From Octopus bimaculoides (Eukaryota), in assembly GCF_001194135.2 (NCBI RefSeq), contig NC_068991.1:65709136-65773135 (forward strand): a stretch of 64,000 bases of DNA, written 5' to 3'. The notes below the pieces were generated by a model, which had not been told where the DNA came from, made no database searches, and was given only the letters and a program-made list of their open reading frames with translations. Within the stretch, counting starts at the first letter, position 1. Each line of letters starts with the position of its first letter. Shown here piece by piece: positions 51,714 to 64,000 of this stretch. The translations under genes were made by a program, and so were the position numbers.

Positions 51714-53671
51714 TTCACAATAATAATTCTTTTTGTCAGCTGCAAGAGCCCAAAATGTTCTGGACAGCATCAAGGGGAAATACCAAAAGCAACAATAAAT
51801 AGTAGAGGATTTTGCATCAAGTAAAAGAGTGAGATCAACAAAGATATTAATAAAATATTAATAAATAGCCATAACAGTATTGATTAAAAGGAAAGCATCT
51901 GCAGAATGGGAAAGACTACAAAGTGTGATTTGGGCACCACACACACAATCTCAGATTACTTGACCACACCAAAGGCAAATTCCTTCTCTCAATTTTTTGT
52001 TACCAATTGCAGCACTGCATTAATTAAAGTAGACCCATGTCAATTTTACCACTCTCACCACTCATCTTTCATAAAGAGAAATAAATCTCATTAGAGGACA
52101 GTACTCTTCTGTTTACCATCACTTTCCTCTTTAAGTGGTACTTGAAGAAGCTGATATGATACATTCAACTGAGAGCTGGATCCACATGATAACAGATGTT
52201 TGACACAGCAATGTACAGATACTGAACAAGTGCTAGATAATTTTGTCATTCTGCATGCACCTCAGACGAGAGTAGTTGCCTGCAGCTCCAACACAGTGAT
52301 GCCCATAGAATTTATCACCAACAAGCAGCACTTTCCTGTAGAACTGTCAGGTCAAAGAATTTCTAGAAATTGTCCATGATGTCCTAGCTAAAAGTCCTCC
52401 GAGAGAGACAATACAAACTCAATGCCTGTAATCCTGGCTCATACCATCCATTACTTTACTCTAGATTACAAGAGTTAACATTCCACCAATTGCATTGTCT
52501 TAATTGCAAACTTCCTGCAAGATTATAATTTTCTTAACCAAGAAAGGTAACCAATAAATTATAAGGCTCTTGTCTCTAAAGATAAAACAAAAAAAGGTTA
52601 GCTCTGATTAAAACTGGGTTACAGACTCATTGATCAAGAGCTTGCCAGTCCATCACAGTGGCCAACACTCAACATATAACAAGCTGAGGTGCTTCTACGT
52701 GGTTGCTTAACCTGCAAGAAATATCTTTTATCTTTTATTTGTTTCAGTCATTGGACTGAGGCCATGCTGGGGCACTGCCTTGAAGGTTTAATTGAACAAA
52801 TCAACACCAGTATCTATTTTTCTTTTTTAATATCTGGTGCTTATTCTATTGGTCTCTTTTGTTAAACTGCAAAGTTATGGGGAGGTAAACAAACCAACAC
52901 TTGTCAAATGATGGGAGGAGGACAAATAGACACATACTCATGAGCTTCCAAAGTTTCTACTAACCAAATTCACTCACAAGGCATTGGTTGGCCTAGAGCT
53001 ATAGTAAAAGACACTTGCCCAAGGCGCTGTGCAATAGAACTAAACCAGAAACCATGTGGTTACAAAGCAGGCTTCTTAACCAGATAGCCATGTCTGAAAC
53101 AAATCTTAAATCAGAAAAACAAAAATTAGATAGTTATGACTGGGGTACCTATGGTTACAGGTCTGCATACTCAGTGCCACCTTGGGGCTAAATAAGAACA
53201 ACAATCAATATATGGTAACTATAGCAATGACAATGACCAAAACGAGGAAACGTTGAGAGTCAATAAACATTGTTTACTAACCAATGGACAACAGGAAGCT
53301 GGGACAAATGTAATCTAGCATCATCTCATGGAGGTAATACAGATGAGAGGAAATACATGTCAGGAGGATAATATTGATTTCTTACTCTCGCATCACACAC
53401 ACACACACAAATGAACTTTAGATAAATAGCAAAGTGGAAATGCAATTGTGTGACATTCATATCTTCCTCAAGGACAGTAGCAATGCAAGATAAGTGAGAA
53501 TTGAATTCAGGTTATTGCAGAGACAGTTTGATAACTGCTCAACTCTCAAACTGCAACACTTATCACAAAAGTCAGGACAAAAATTAACAAGAAATTGGTT
53601 GCCAAGGAAGTGTTTTGAATTGTCCAGAACCACATGTTATAACAAACTGTTCTTTATTTAACATCATCATC

Positions 53672-54131
53672 GAGTGCCTGTGTGGTAAGTAGCTTGCTTA
53701 CGAACCACATGGTTCCAGGTTCAGTCCCACTGCGTGACACCTTGGGCAAGTGTCTTCCACTGTAGCCTCGGGCCGACCAAAGCCTTGTGGGTGGATTTGA
53801 CAGACGGAAGCTGAAAGAAGCCCGTCGTGTATATNNNNNNNNNNNNNNNNNNNNNNNNNNNNNNNNNNNNNNNNNNNNNNNNNNNNNNNNNNNNNNNNNN
53901 NNNNNNNNNNNNNNNNNNNNNNNNNNNNNNNNNNNNNNNNNNNNNNNNNNNNNNNNNNNNNNNNNNNNNNNNNNNNNNNNNNNNNNNNNNNNNNNNNNNN
54001 NNNNNNNNNNNNNNNNNNNNNNNNNACTAGGCTTACAGGGAATAAGTTCTGGGGTTGATTAGCTCAACTAAAAGGTGGTGCTCCAGCATGGCCGCAGTCA
54101 AATGACTGAAACAAGTAAAAGACTAAAAGAG
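53672..54131 (+). mobile_element. SINE family A (internal microsatellite collapsed into a gap)
   Basis: Head and tail both match the 2628 copy. Confidence 0.85.
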
Positions 54132-55053
54132 TGTCTGTATTTCATGTGTACATGCTACTGAATGTTGTTGTTTTTTTTAAATCACTGGTCAGCTGTGATG
54201 AAGCATATTAAGAGGCGTCCCAGCAATGACCACCTTTTTCATTCAGACAGGGTATGTAGGACTTGGGGAAGGCATTGGCAAACCACCCCGATATCTCTGC
54301 TAAGAAACTATGAGAAAACCAGAACAAAGTAATGCTATAGCTTCAACCAACATGAAAACTTGTACTTAATCAGGAAGACTTTCATTGTAGTGTTATCAAC
54401 ACACTGCAAAAGCGTAAGATACAGGACAACAAGTGATGTAGGAGTGCTTTATTCAATATTTTGCTGCTTTTACTTTAAAACAGTAAGGTATGATTTGAGG
54501 AAGATTTGCTTTACTATTTCTAGTAAGTCAAGCAACCACAGAGAGGCTCCTTCTTGATTACATACTGTTCATTCATTTAGCAAGTTTTTCTATGCAAGCA
54601 ATGGCTCAGACCCAGGGAAGGGATATGAAACAGGGAACAGAATTTTTTTTTTTTTACAGCAGGGTGCTCTTCCTGTCGCCAAATACTTGTTTTAGATATA
54701 AGACGTTTTTGTTTTTATTCCTGGGGAAATGCAAAGTGTAAATGTAGCAGATGATTTGTTGACAGAAAATATCAGCAAACATCACCAGTTGTAGACCAGC
54801 TCCAAACAGGGATGTCACTAATTGTTGTCACAGCTCAGTGTTGACACTAACTGTTCACAAAGCCATGCCTGTACCAATGTGTATATATAAACACATACAC
54901 AATGAGATGTAATGGCATACATTCACATGTGTGACTGTGTGCATTCAGATGTGTGTGAATCATATACACTACATACATACACATGATGGGATTCTGTTAG
55001 TTTCCATCTGCTAAATTCCCTCACAAAGCTTTAATTAGCCTAAGGTTACAGTA

Positions 55054-55437
55054 TATGTTGGCACTCCGTCGCTTACAACATCGAGGGTTCCAGTTGATCC
55101 GATCAACGGAACAGCCTGCTCGTGAAATTAACATGCAAGTGGCTGAGCACTCCACACACACGTGTACCCTTAATGTAGTTCTCGGGAATATTCAGCGTGA
55201 CACAGTGTGACCAAGGCTCACCCTTTGAGTTACAGGCACAATAGAAACAGGAAGTAAGAGTGAGAGAAAGTTGTGGTGAAAGAGTACAGCAGGGTTCGCC
55301 ACCATCTCCTGCCGGAGCCTTGTGGAGCTTTAGGTGTTTTCGCTCAATAAACACTCACAACGCCCGGTCTGGGAATCGAAACTGCGATCCTATGACCACG
55401 AGTCCGCTGCCCTAACCACTGGGCCATTGCGTCTCCA
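55054..55437 (-). mobile_element. SINE family B, full length, nested in a family A-type SINE
   Basis: TSD cctaaggttacagta / cctagggttacagta at 55039-55053 and 55438-55452. Confidence 0.9.
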
Positions 55438-56464
55438 CCTAGGGTTACAGTAGAATGTGCCAAAAGTGCCATGCAATGGGACTGAATCTGGAGCCACATG
55501 TTTTAAAAACAACCTTAACCACACAACCTGCAACAGTAATACTTACATATTAACATACACGCACTGACACCTACACACACACACACACAGAGGAACATAT
55601 TTGCATGTATGAACGTGTGTGTGAATCATGTAAAACTGATGAAGCATATTTTAATAGCAACTTGTAGACAAGAACAACTACACAACATTTTATTACAAGA
55701 CAAAGAAAGAAATGGTGTGGGAAAAAAAATGAAATTAAAAAAAAAGAAAAGCAAAAAAATTTGGCAGTCAACAAAGCAATTTAAATGATGTGGAGAAAAT
55801 ATCTATTTTTGAAATTTTGTCAGGCTCTCTTAGTTTTAGCATGACTACATCTATTTTCCAATCCTACTTCTTTCTCCTGCCAAATGATGGTACTTATTTC
55901 AGAAATTATTCGCAAAAGCTGTGGTAAACAATTTATTTTCTAACAACTGAACAATCATAGGTTCATACCTTAACCTTGTTCATTCCACACTTTTCCCACT
56001 GATTGGGTCACATTGCCATCACTCCACCCTCAGTCCCCACCTGCCCCAGGTCATTCTGCCTTTATTCATACTGATTAAATATCTTTCGCCCTTACCACCC
56101 CACCTTATACTTCAATTCAACCACCTAGCTAACACTACCTTCACCCTCCCATCACCACCACACTGATTTAATTTTGCCAACGCCAACACTGTTACACACC
56201 CAGTTCACACTATCATAAACCATCACTCCTCTTGATACATGCATCACAGTCGAAAAAATTATTTGTTATTGTGAAATAAGAGCAGTCAGTACAGCTGTAG
56301 TTGTCTGCTGACATAGAAAAAAATAAATTTCAGTTTGAAAAGAAAAAGAATAAAAATAAAATATTTGACTCATTCCGTGACCACACTATCTTTCAAGTAA
56401 AAAAAAGAAAGTGTTAGAAATTTCATACATCAAATCTCCATAATTCAACGAGAGAGCAAGACGC

Positions 56465-57078
56465 CAGTAATTCTCAACCGGGTTCCATATAAGAATTTGT
56501 CGTTAAAATTTACATGCAACAAATTGCTTTTGCTTACCAACCACATGGTTCTGGGTTCATTCCCACTGCGTGGCATCTTGGGCAAGTGTCTTCTACTATA
56601 GCCTCGGGCCGACCAAAGCCTTGTGAGTGGATTTGGTAGACTGAAACTGAAAGAAGCCTGTCGTATATGTGTATATATGTGTATATGTGTGTGCGTGTAT
56701 ATGTTTGTGTGTCTGTGTTTGTCCCCCCAACATCGCTTGACAACCGATGGTGGTGTGTTTACGTCCCCGTAACTTAGCGGTTCGGCAAAAGAGGCCGATA
56801 GAATAAGTACTAGGCTTCCAAAGAATAAGTCCTGGGGTCGATTTACTCGACTAAAGGTGGTGCTCCAGCATGGCCACAGTCAAATGACTGAAACAAGTAA
56901 AAGAGTATACTTCTACAATAATTAAAGTATTTTAATAATTTTTTTATTAAATTCCTAATAGTATTTAATGATAAAAATATAATAGGATTTTTTTTTAAAC
57001 ATTGAATAACTCTGAGGATCCACCCAGGTAAAATAGAAATCAAAAGCGTCCGTAGGTAAAAATGATCGAAAAATACTG
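56465..57078. mobile_element. hAT-type MITE interrupted by a family A SINE
   Basis: Ends cagtaattctcaaccggg...gtccgtaggtaaaaatgatcgaaaaatactg resemble CAGTGGTTCTCAAC-type hAT TIRs. No matching TSD. Confidence 0.45.
56531..56905 (+). mobile_element. SINE family A, 5'-truncated, little decayed
   Basis: Near-identical to the 63116 copy. Confidence 0.9.
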
Positions 57079-57295
57079 GACTAGAAGGTCATTTGACACA
57101 CTAGAAATAACAGCAAAAGCTCTCTAAAATCATACCATACTGTTGTGAAGCTTACTTTGCAACCACACCCTTACAGGTTCAGTCCCACTCTGCGGCACCT
57201 TGGGCAAGTGTCTTCTTCTACAGCCCCAGGCCAACCAATGCGTTGTGAGTAAATTTCATAGGTGAAAACTATGTGAAAACCTATAATGTGTGTAC

Positions 57296-57332
<37 letters not shown>

Positions 57333-57562
57333 TTATGCATGTATGTGTATGTCTGTCTGGTTTGTACCCCATAATTTGACAACTGGTGTTGCTTTGTTTA
57401 TGTCCCTGTAACATAAGGTTCAGCAAAAAGACACTGATAGAATATCAGACTTTAAAAGAATAAGACATTAGGGTTAATTTGTTCAACTAAACCCTTCAAG
57501 GCAGTGCCCCAGCATGGTCACACTCCAGTGACTGAAATAAGTAAAAGATGGGAAAAAAAAAA

Positions 57563-57934
57563 GGCGCAGGAGTGGCTGTGGTAAGTAGCTGGCTTACCAA
57601 CCACATGGTTCCTGGTTCATTCCCACTGCATGGCACCTTGGGCAAGTGTCTTCTACTATAGCCTCGGGCCAACCAAAGCCTTGTGAGTGGATTTGGTAGA
57701 CGGAAACTGAAAGAAGCCTGTCGTATATATGTATATATATATATATATATGTATGTCTGTGTTTGTCCCCCCCAACATCGCTTGACAACCGATGGTGGTG
57801 TGTTTACGTCCCCGTAACTTAGCGATTCGGCAAAAGAGACGGATAGAGTCCTGGGGTCGATCTACTCGACTAAAGATGGTGTTCCAGCATGGCAACAGTC
57901 AAATCACTGAAACAAGTAAAAGAGCAAAAGAGAG
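57563..57934 (+). mobile_element. SINE family A, full length, directly after a degenerate copy (~57140-57549)
   Basis: Starts ggcgcaggagtggctgtggtaag, with a gtaaaagagcaaaagag tail. Confidence 0.9.
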
Positions 57935-59192
57935 TATGCTTCTAAATGGAATGCTTTTTGTCATCTGAGGATATAAGCCACAACATGAACACTTCTTCAC
58001 TGACTCCTGAATGCCTTTGTTATAAAGGACAGTAGATCAGTATATTTTTCTATCACTAAGTACTAATAGAATCTATCTACTAGCTCAAATAAAGTATTGT
58101 TGCTATACTAATATTATGACGATAAATTATACCAGTCTCTTTAGACTGCTAGAAACAGCTGCACAGTCACTACACACCACATAATGCAAACTATGTACAC
58201 TCAGTGAATAAAAGACAGGCCTTTTCATTGCTGGAAGACTATTCTGATCAGAGGTCTGATATAGGTTAAACAACAACTGCCCCATCATTTACAGCATCAA
58301 GAAGCTTTATAATGGTCACCTAACCTGTCAGAAACAACAGTCAAAACTCCCTCAAAGCATACCCTATTGTATGTAAAAACTGATGATACAGATAATGTAA
58401 TCTTAGTTGCAGTGTAACTGAATAAGAAGACGGGATGATTGCAGCTGGAACACCTACCATAATAAGTCTGGTGGAACAAACACTGGCAACAGCTGCACCG
58501 TCTCGATTGGAACTTTTCTATTACAGTATGTTGTTTTTTTATATTCTACTCACAACCCTTATATAAATTACATACATTTAACTACAAAGAACATTATCAG
58601 TAAATAGCCAAAACTTTTGGCGTATTAAACAGTTTAAATTAGGAATTCACTAATAGACTCTTATTGTTTATGACATCCAGATATTTTTAAATATTCATGT
58701 TAGCAAGTTTTAAATGAAACAGAGGAAAATTGTTACTGACGTGAAATAAATTTGTATCTCAGAAAACAAAAAGCAAAAAGAATATCTAAAATTGAATATT
58801 TTAAAGTATTCATCATCAGGTGTTTAACTAAAATTTATGAAATATTCTTCTTTTTGAGCAGCAGATTTACATACGTACACACAGTTAAAATTAGGGAAGT
58901 GTAATGACAGCTGCTTCTGATAGGACTATGGAGGAGGTCCCCGAGGACTCTATCCCCACCTCCTAGGATTGGAAGGTGGCAAAAATGAATGGAAATGTAA
59001 TAGAAGTTTCAAAGTTTTCTGAGTTTGTAAAACTAACCAATTCATGGTATTAAAACAAAGTGTAAAAAGTTTACATCACTAAATAAGAAAAACAAACAAA
59101 AAAAACTATGATATTTCTTTTACTAGTTACAACAGTCAAATGTGACCATAAAAAAGTTACGCTACAAGAGAGTAATAACATGTATTTATGTA

Positions 59193-59230
<38 letters not shown>

Positions 59231-59973
59231 TTGAAGATTTTGATTATACACATATGCATATATATATATATATATATATGAAGACACAAACACATACTGT
59301 CCTAGAAATGGATATCTTAGCAAACGACTAAGTCTGCAATGAACCAGTTAGCTTGCAACTTCAGCTGCTGCAAGTTGTGTAAATAGAATAGAAAGCAGAG
59401 TGGCTGGTTCCAAATATTGGTAGCACTAGGGAAAACTATGTAACAACTGGGAGTAGGAGATAAGTCCAAGGTAGACAAAATAACAATAGTAACTGCAGCC
59501 TAATACCATATGCAGCTAGCTACATCAAAAGTAGAGCACAGACATTTTAATTCATAAAACTTTCAACTACTCTTCGGGAAAACTTACAAAACAACTCGAC
59601 AGATTATGAAATGCTGTACCATATTCTGAAGCAGATGATTTTAAAATTAAATGAAAGGAACAAGATATATTTTACAGTTGGTAAATATAACAAATAGTCC
59701 AATTAAAATAGCAGAAGTGACCGTTACCCTAAGTTCTACCTATGACAGACAGAATATGATTATTCTATAAAACACCAATGATCTGATGCAACTGACCATA
59801 TGTGTGAAAAGTTCATGGTTTTGAGTAGTTTAGCTTTCCTGGGCTTATTATCCTCTTCAACAGTCGTTCGATCCACTATAGCCCTGGCACAACTAAAGCC
59901 TTGTGAATGGACTTGAAAGATGGAAACTGAAATATGCCCATCGTGTGTGTGTGTGTGTGTGCATACCATTGTC

Positions 59974-60164
59974 TAGTGCTCTGCAACCAGTATGCTGTGA
60001 CATACTAGTTAGTGTGCCATGAGATGATGCTAGGTGTGCCACAGTGTAACCTGAATATAATTTTTTTTCCCTATACTTTTAGTTACATTTTTAGTACAAG
60101 TGTACTGCAGAATTTTGAAAAGAATATAAGTGTACTGCAAGTGAAAAATGGTTTTGGAACATTG
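59974..60164. mobile_element. hAT (Charlie-like) MITE nested in a family D SINE
   Basis: tagtgctctgcaaccagtatgctgtgacatac...gtgtgccatgag...gaaaaatggttttggaacattg, flanked by gtctag / gcctagac (CTAG-centred target). Confidence 0.5.
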
Positions 60165-61139
60165 GCCTAGACATCACATGAAGGTTATCACTGAGCATCA
60201 TCACCATACAAGCAAGGTTGTTCATTTCCAGTCTCTGAAAAATATAACCTAGCCATGGGAAAAAATATTACCTTGCTCAGAAACAAGTGAAGGTTGGTGA
60301 CAGGAAGAGTATCTACCTAGCCAACAAATTCCATTTGGCCCATGTAAACATAGAAAAGCTGATGTTAAATGAATGATAAGAATAAATAATTGATTTGGAA
60401 GCTAAAATGAAAATGATCTGCCATCATTAAGGAAGAAAGACAAAAATGCTTTTGCAGGTCATCTGCAGTTACCCCATTCAACAATCTCTATTATTCTTAA
60501 GAATAAGGAAGGAATTTCAAAGAAAAAAGTTGGCTGCCATAAGGTCACTGACAATAAAGAATGACAAATAAATGTCCACAAAATGGGAAAGTTTCAAATG
60601 TTCATTATGAAGGCTGCTTCACAACCATATGACTTCAGGGTCAGTCTCGCTGTACTGCACCTTGGACAAGTGTCTTCCCCTAAAGCCTCAGGCCAACTAA
60701 AGCCTTTTGAGTGAATATGGTAGATGGAAACCATGTGGAAGCTGGTTGTGAGCTTGTGTCCTCCCACACACTACTTGACAACTGGTGTTGGTTTCTTTAC
60801 ATCCCCATAACTTAGCAGTTTGGCAAAAGGAACTGATAGAATAAGTACCAAACTTCAAAAATAAGTACTGGAGCTAATTTGTGTGACTAAAACACTTCAG
60901 GGTGCTACACCAGTATGGCCACAGGCCAGTGACTGGAACAAAAGATAACAAGGATAAATGCTCAGGAAACCAGCCACATGCCTCAATATGTCTCATTCCA
61001 GCAAACACAAGCTCAATGGACATTATAGCGACCAGAAAGCAAAATAAACAGAGGATTGTGAATATTGTCTTTCTGCAGTGAGGAACATAGTACTTGACAT
61101 ATAGCAGTTATGAACAACATCCAAATAAGAGACAGACAC

Positions 61140-62930
61140 CCAGAAACATCTGGAGAAAAAAGATAGGGAAGCTGAAAAATTGCTTAGTCGGATAAGGGAT
61201 CAAAGTAGAACTAGGTGATGTATAAGTCAAAAAGAAAGAGGTGATAGAGACTTATAGAAAATATCTAGGAGTTTCTGTGAGACTATCTACAGTGAGCCAC
61301 AGACCAGATCTGTAAATGAAGTAAGTTTCCAGCCAAACAGAAGATGACATGATAGTGAAACAGAATGGCAGATGATGTCATAAAAGCTGACAGGATTGGG
61401 AAAAAATGGAAGAAAGAGAACAAGTTAAAAATATAGGTAGCTAGAAAGAAAATTAGACATCATGTATAATTAGTAACAAGTATAAAATACGAGATTTGCC
61501 AATATTCTGTGATGATAAAGCAAAATGTCACTATAAATCAGGATGTCATATGTAGAAAGTTTCTATAATGATATCGATGCATTCCCTCTCACTTTGATTA
61601 ACACTAAGGTGAAAAAGGTACTGAAATGCTTTTATAAGAGATTCATGAATGTTGGGAGAGATAAGCAGACCATAAGGGGGAGCAGCAATTAAAAACGACT
61701 GTTATAGCCAAGATGGTCTTTAAAGATATGAAGGCAGGGAAAGCAGCCAGACAGTTAGGTGTAGTTGCTGAGATGATAAATAACCTAGCCAAATGGGACA
61801 GGCACTTTTTAGGTAATACAGAAAGGGGTCAATCCCTATAACTGACACAGCAGTAGTAACTTTAATTATTGCAATAGTTAAGGAAATGCTCACGAAAGAA
61901 GCAGCTACAAAGATGTCAAAGAGAAGGACTAATGTATAAAAGCAACTGAGTTATAGCACAGTTATTTAGGAAGAAAATAAGATCAGACAAGAAGCATTTC
62001 AGGTTTGTGCCAGGAAGTTATACCATAGTAAGGTAACCAACTGGAGTTCTTAGCAAAGAGAAAGCCATTGAACTTAGGAATCATTGACCTGAAGAAGGTT
62101 CTGGCTAGGTACTGTAATCTGATGGTTACTAAGGAAACTAGGCAGAGATGAATGGTTTGTGAGAGCCACTGCAAGCCATGCACAAAGATAGCATCAGCAA
62201 GATGAGAGTAATGAGTACAAAGAGGAAATTTAAAAGGTGTTCTCTTTTCCATCTTGATCTCCAAGTCATTACATAATTGTTTAAGACTGTCGATGGTAAC
62301 TCCTGTATGCCAATGGTCTAGTTCTGGTGGCTGAATCAGGTGAAGATTTAGAGAAATTTCAAAAATGGAAACCTAGAGAATCCAGAGATCTTAAAATCTA
62401 AGCAAAGACAAGTATTAGCAAATAAAAAAATAACAGAACTTTACTGTCAATTGGAGAGTGGCCATGCTCAATATGCAAGAAAATGTGCATGTAGAAACAC
62501 CATACAGAGTAGCTTAGTGGTATTTCGTCTGTCTATACATTCTGAGTTCAAATTCTGCCGAGGTTGACTTTGCCTTTCATCCTTTCAGGGTCGATAAATT
62601 AAGTACCAGTTATGCACTGGGGTCGATGTAATCGACTTAATCCTTTTGTCTGTCCTTGTTTGTCCCCTCTATGTTTAGCCCCTTGTGGGCAATAAAGAAA
62701 AAAGAAACTCCATACAGAGTAGCTAATGTAAACAATGGGTGCACAAGAGGTGCTATGAGGTTACAGACAAGCAGAAAGAGAAGAACTGCATGAAGCAGAA
62801 GTACAGGAATAGTGAGTAGCAAGAGCACACTTAGAATATATTTCAAGTGCTCAGAAAGTGACTTAAAGGAGATGATAGCTTCTGTTACCTAAGTGATCTA
62901 ATTGACAAAAAGAGAGCATTTTGAGAGTTC
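61140..62930 (+). mobile_element. Highly decayed RTE LINE fragments, interrupted
   Basis: KDMKAGKAARQLGVVAEMI (RTE GKAPGPDG..AEMLK region) at ~61720-61780. IQSS*CKQWVHKRC and DSFCYLSD at ~62710-62900 are homologous to the 31341 element. Confidence 0.55.
62515..62702 (+). mobile_element. SINE family C, 5'-truncated, nested in an RTE remnant
   Basis: 22-bp TSD agaaac(a/t)ccatacagagtagct at 62493-62514 and 62703-62724. Confidence 0.85.
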
Positions 62931-63115
62931 TGGTGATTATCTTATTTTCCAAAATAGATGGATACCCTATAAACACACACACACACACACATGTATACAG
63001 CATCTGGGGCTAAGATCAAAATCTTTATTTCTAATGCACATATCTATTTGACCTAGTCTTGTAGATATGGTTAATTATTCAGACAACTTTATAATATTGT
63101 CTTAATATATATATA

Positions 63116-63530
63116 GGCACAGGAGTGGCTGTGTGGTAAGTAGACTTGCTTACCAACCACATGGTTCTGGGTTCATTCCCACTGCATGGCATTTTGGGCA
63201 AATGTCTTCTACTATAGCCTCGGGCCGACCAAAGCCTTGTAAGTGGATTTGGTAGACGGAAACTGAAAGAAGCCCGTCGTATATATGTATATATATGTAT
63301 GTGTGTATGTGTGTGTATATGTTTGTGTTTGTCCCCCCCAACATCGCTTGACAACCGATGGTGGTGTGTTTACATCCCTGTAACTTAGCGGTTCGGCAAA
63401 AGAGACCGATAGAATAAGTACTAGGCTTCCAAAGAATAAGTCCTGGGGGTCGATTTGCTCAACTAAAGGCGGTGCTCCAGCATGGCCGCAGTCAAATGAC
63501 TGAAACAAGTAAAAGAGTAAAAAGAGAGAG
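63116..63530 (+). mobile_element. SINE family A, full length
   Basis: ggcacaggagtggctgtgtggtaag...tgactgaaacaagtaaaagagtaaaaagag. Confidence 0.9.
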
Positions 63531-64000
63531 TATATAAAAAAGACTAACAATTCCTTGCTGAATCATTTCTAAATCTGTACATCTGAAAATATTTCATCTG
63601 TCCTGGGCTTCTGCATCAAGTGTGAGTACCTTAGGATTTACAACTATGAACACATTGCATCTTCCTCTCCTTTCAATTTCATTACTTCTTTGGTCAAGCA
63701 AAAATCACTCTATATTGCTAGATTTACAGAGGGGTGTTGGCTTAATAGATAAGGTATTGGACTGCCTCAAAAAGGGTAATGGGTTCAAGTCAACTGCTGA
63801 TGTTCTATTGTATTATAAGCAAGAGACTCAATTCTAGATTGTCTCAGTTCAGCTAGGATTTGAGCCGAGGATACCAGATCATTTGATGTCAACTGTAGCA
63901 GACTGGTTTATATCATCAGCCAACACTTATGAGATCAAAGATGTATGTATGCTAACCTTTGATACGTAACTCACAAGTCCCATCATCACAGCAGACAATA

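Noticed and set aside
52200-52380. Minus peptide RKVLLVGDKFYGHH resembling a pogo/Tigger DDE motif
   Set aside because: A single short motif with stops on both sides, and the downstream motifs are not recognisable.
56534-56743. Recurrent ORFs MSSDVGG...QIHSQGFGRPEAIVEDTCPRCHAVG (also 57594, 63079/63150, 2649)
   Set aside because: They are antisense translations of SINE family A, not a gene family.
58790-58830. CTGATGA + tgaata/tattca stem on minus
   Set aside because: Followed by attt, not GAAA.

Overview
AT-rich, repeat-dense eukaryotic DNA with 10 N-gaps. The microsatellites and SINE families look like an octopus genome; this is an inference from repeat content, not verified. I find no confidently supported host gene and no intact protein-coding ORF. 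Almost all entries in the ORF track are artefacts of N-gaps, microsatellites or SINE antisense strands. The window holds many copies of at least four tRNA-like-headed SINE families, decayed RTE-type LINEs, piggyBac- and hAT-type MITEs, a Helitron helicase remnant and a degenerate tRNA-Glu. The strongest hidden signal is a set of type I hammerhead ribozyme (HHR) motifs. (1) An intact minimal HHR at 51488-51530 (minus strand) caps a long strand-specific RNA stem and lies inside a ~1.2-mer of a 351-nt unit bounded by a 14-bp direct repeat, which is a retrozyme/Penelope-like architecture. (2) A second near-intact HHR sits at 75-123 (minus). (3) A 157-bp palindrome at 39995-40151 has two arms that each read as a decayed HHR.
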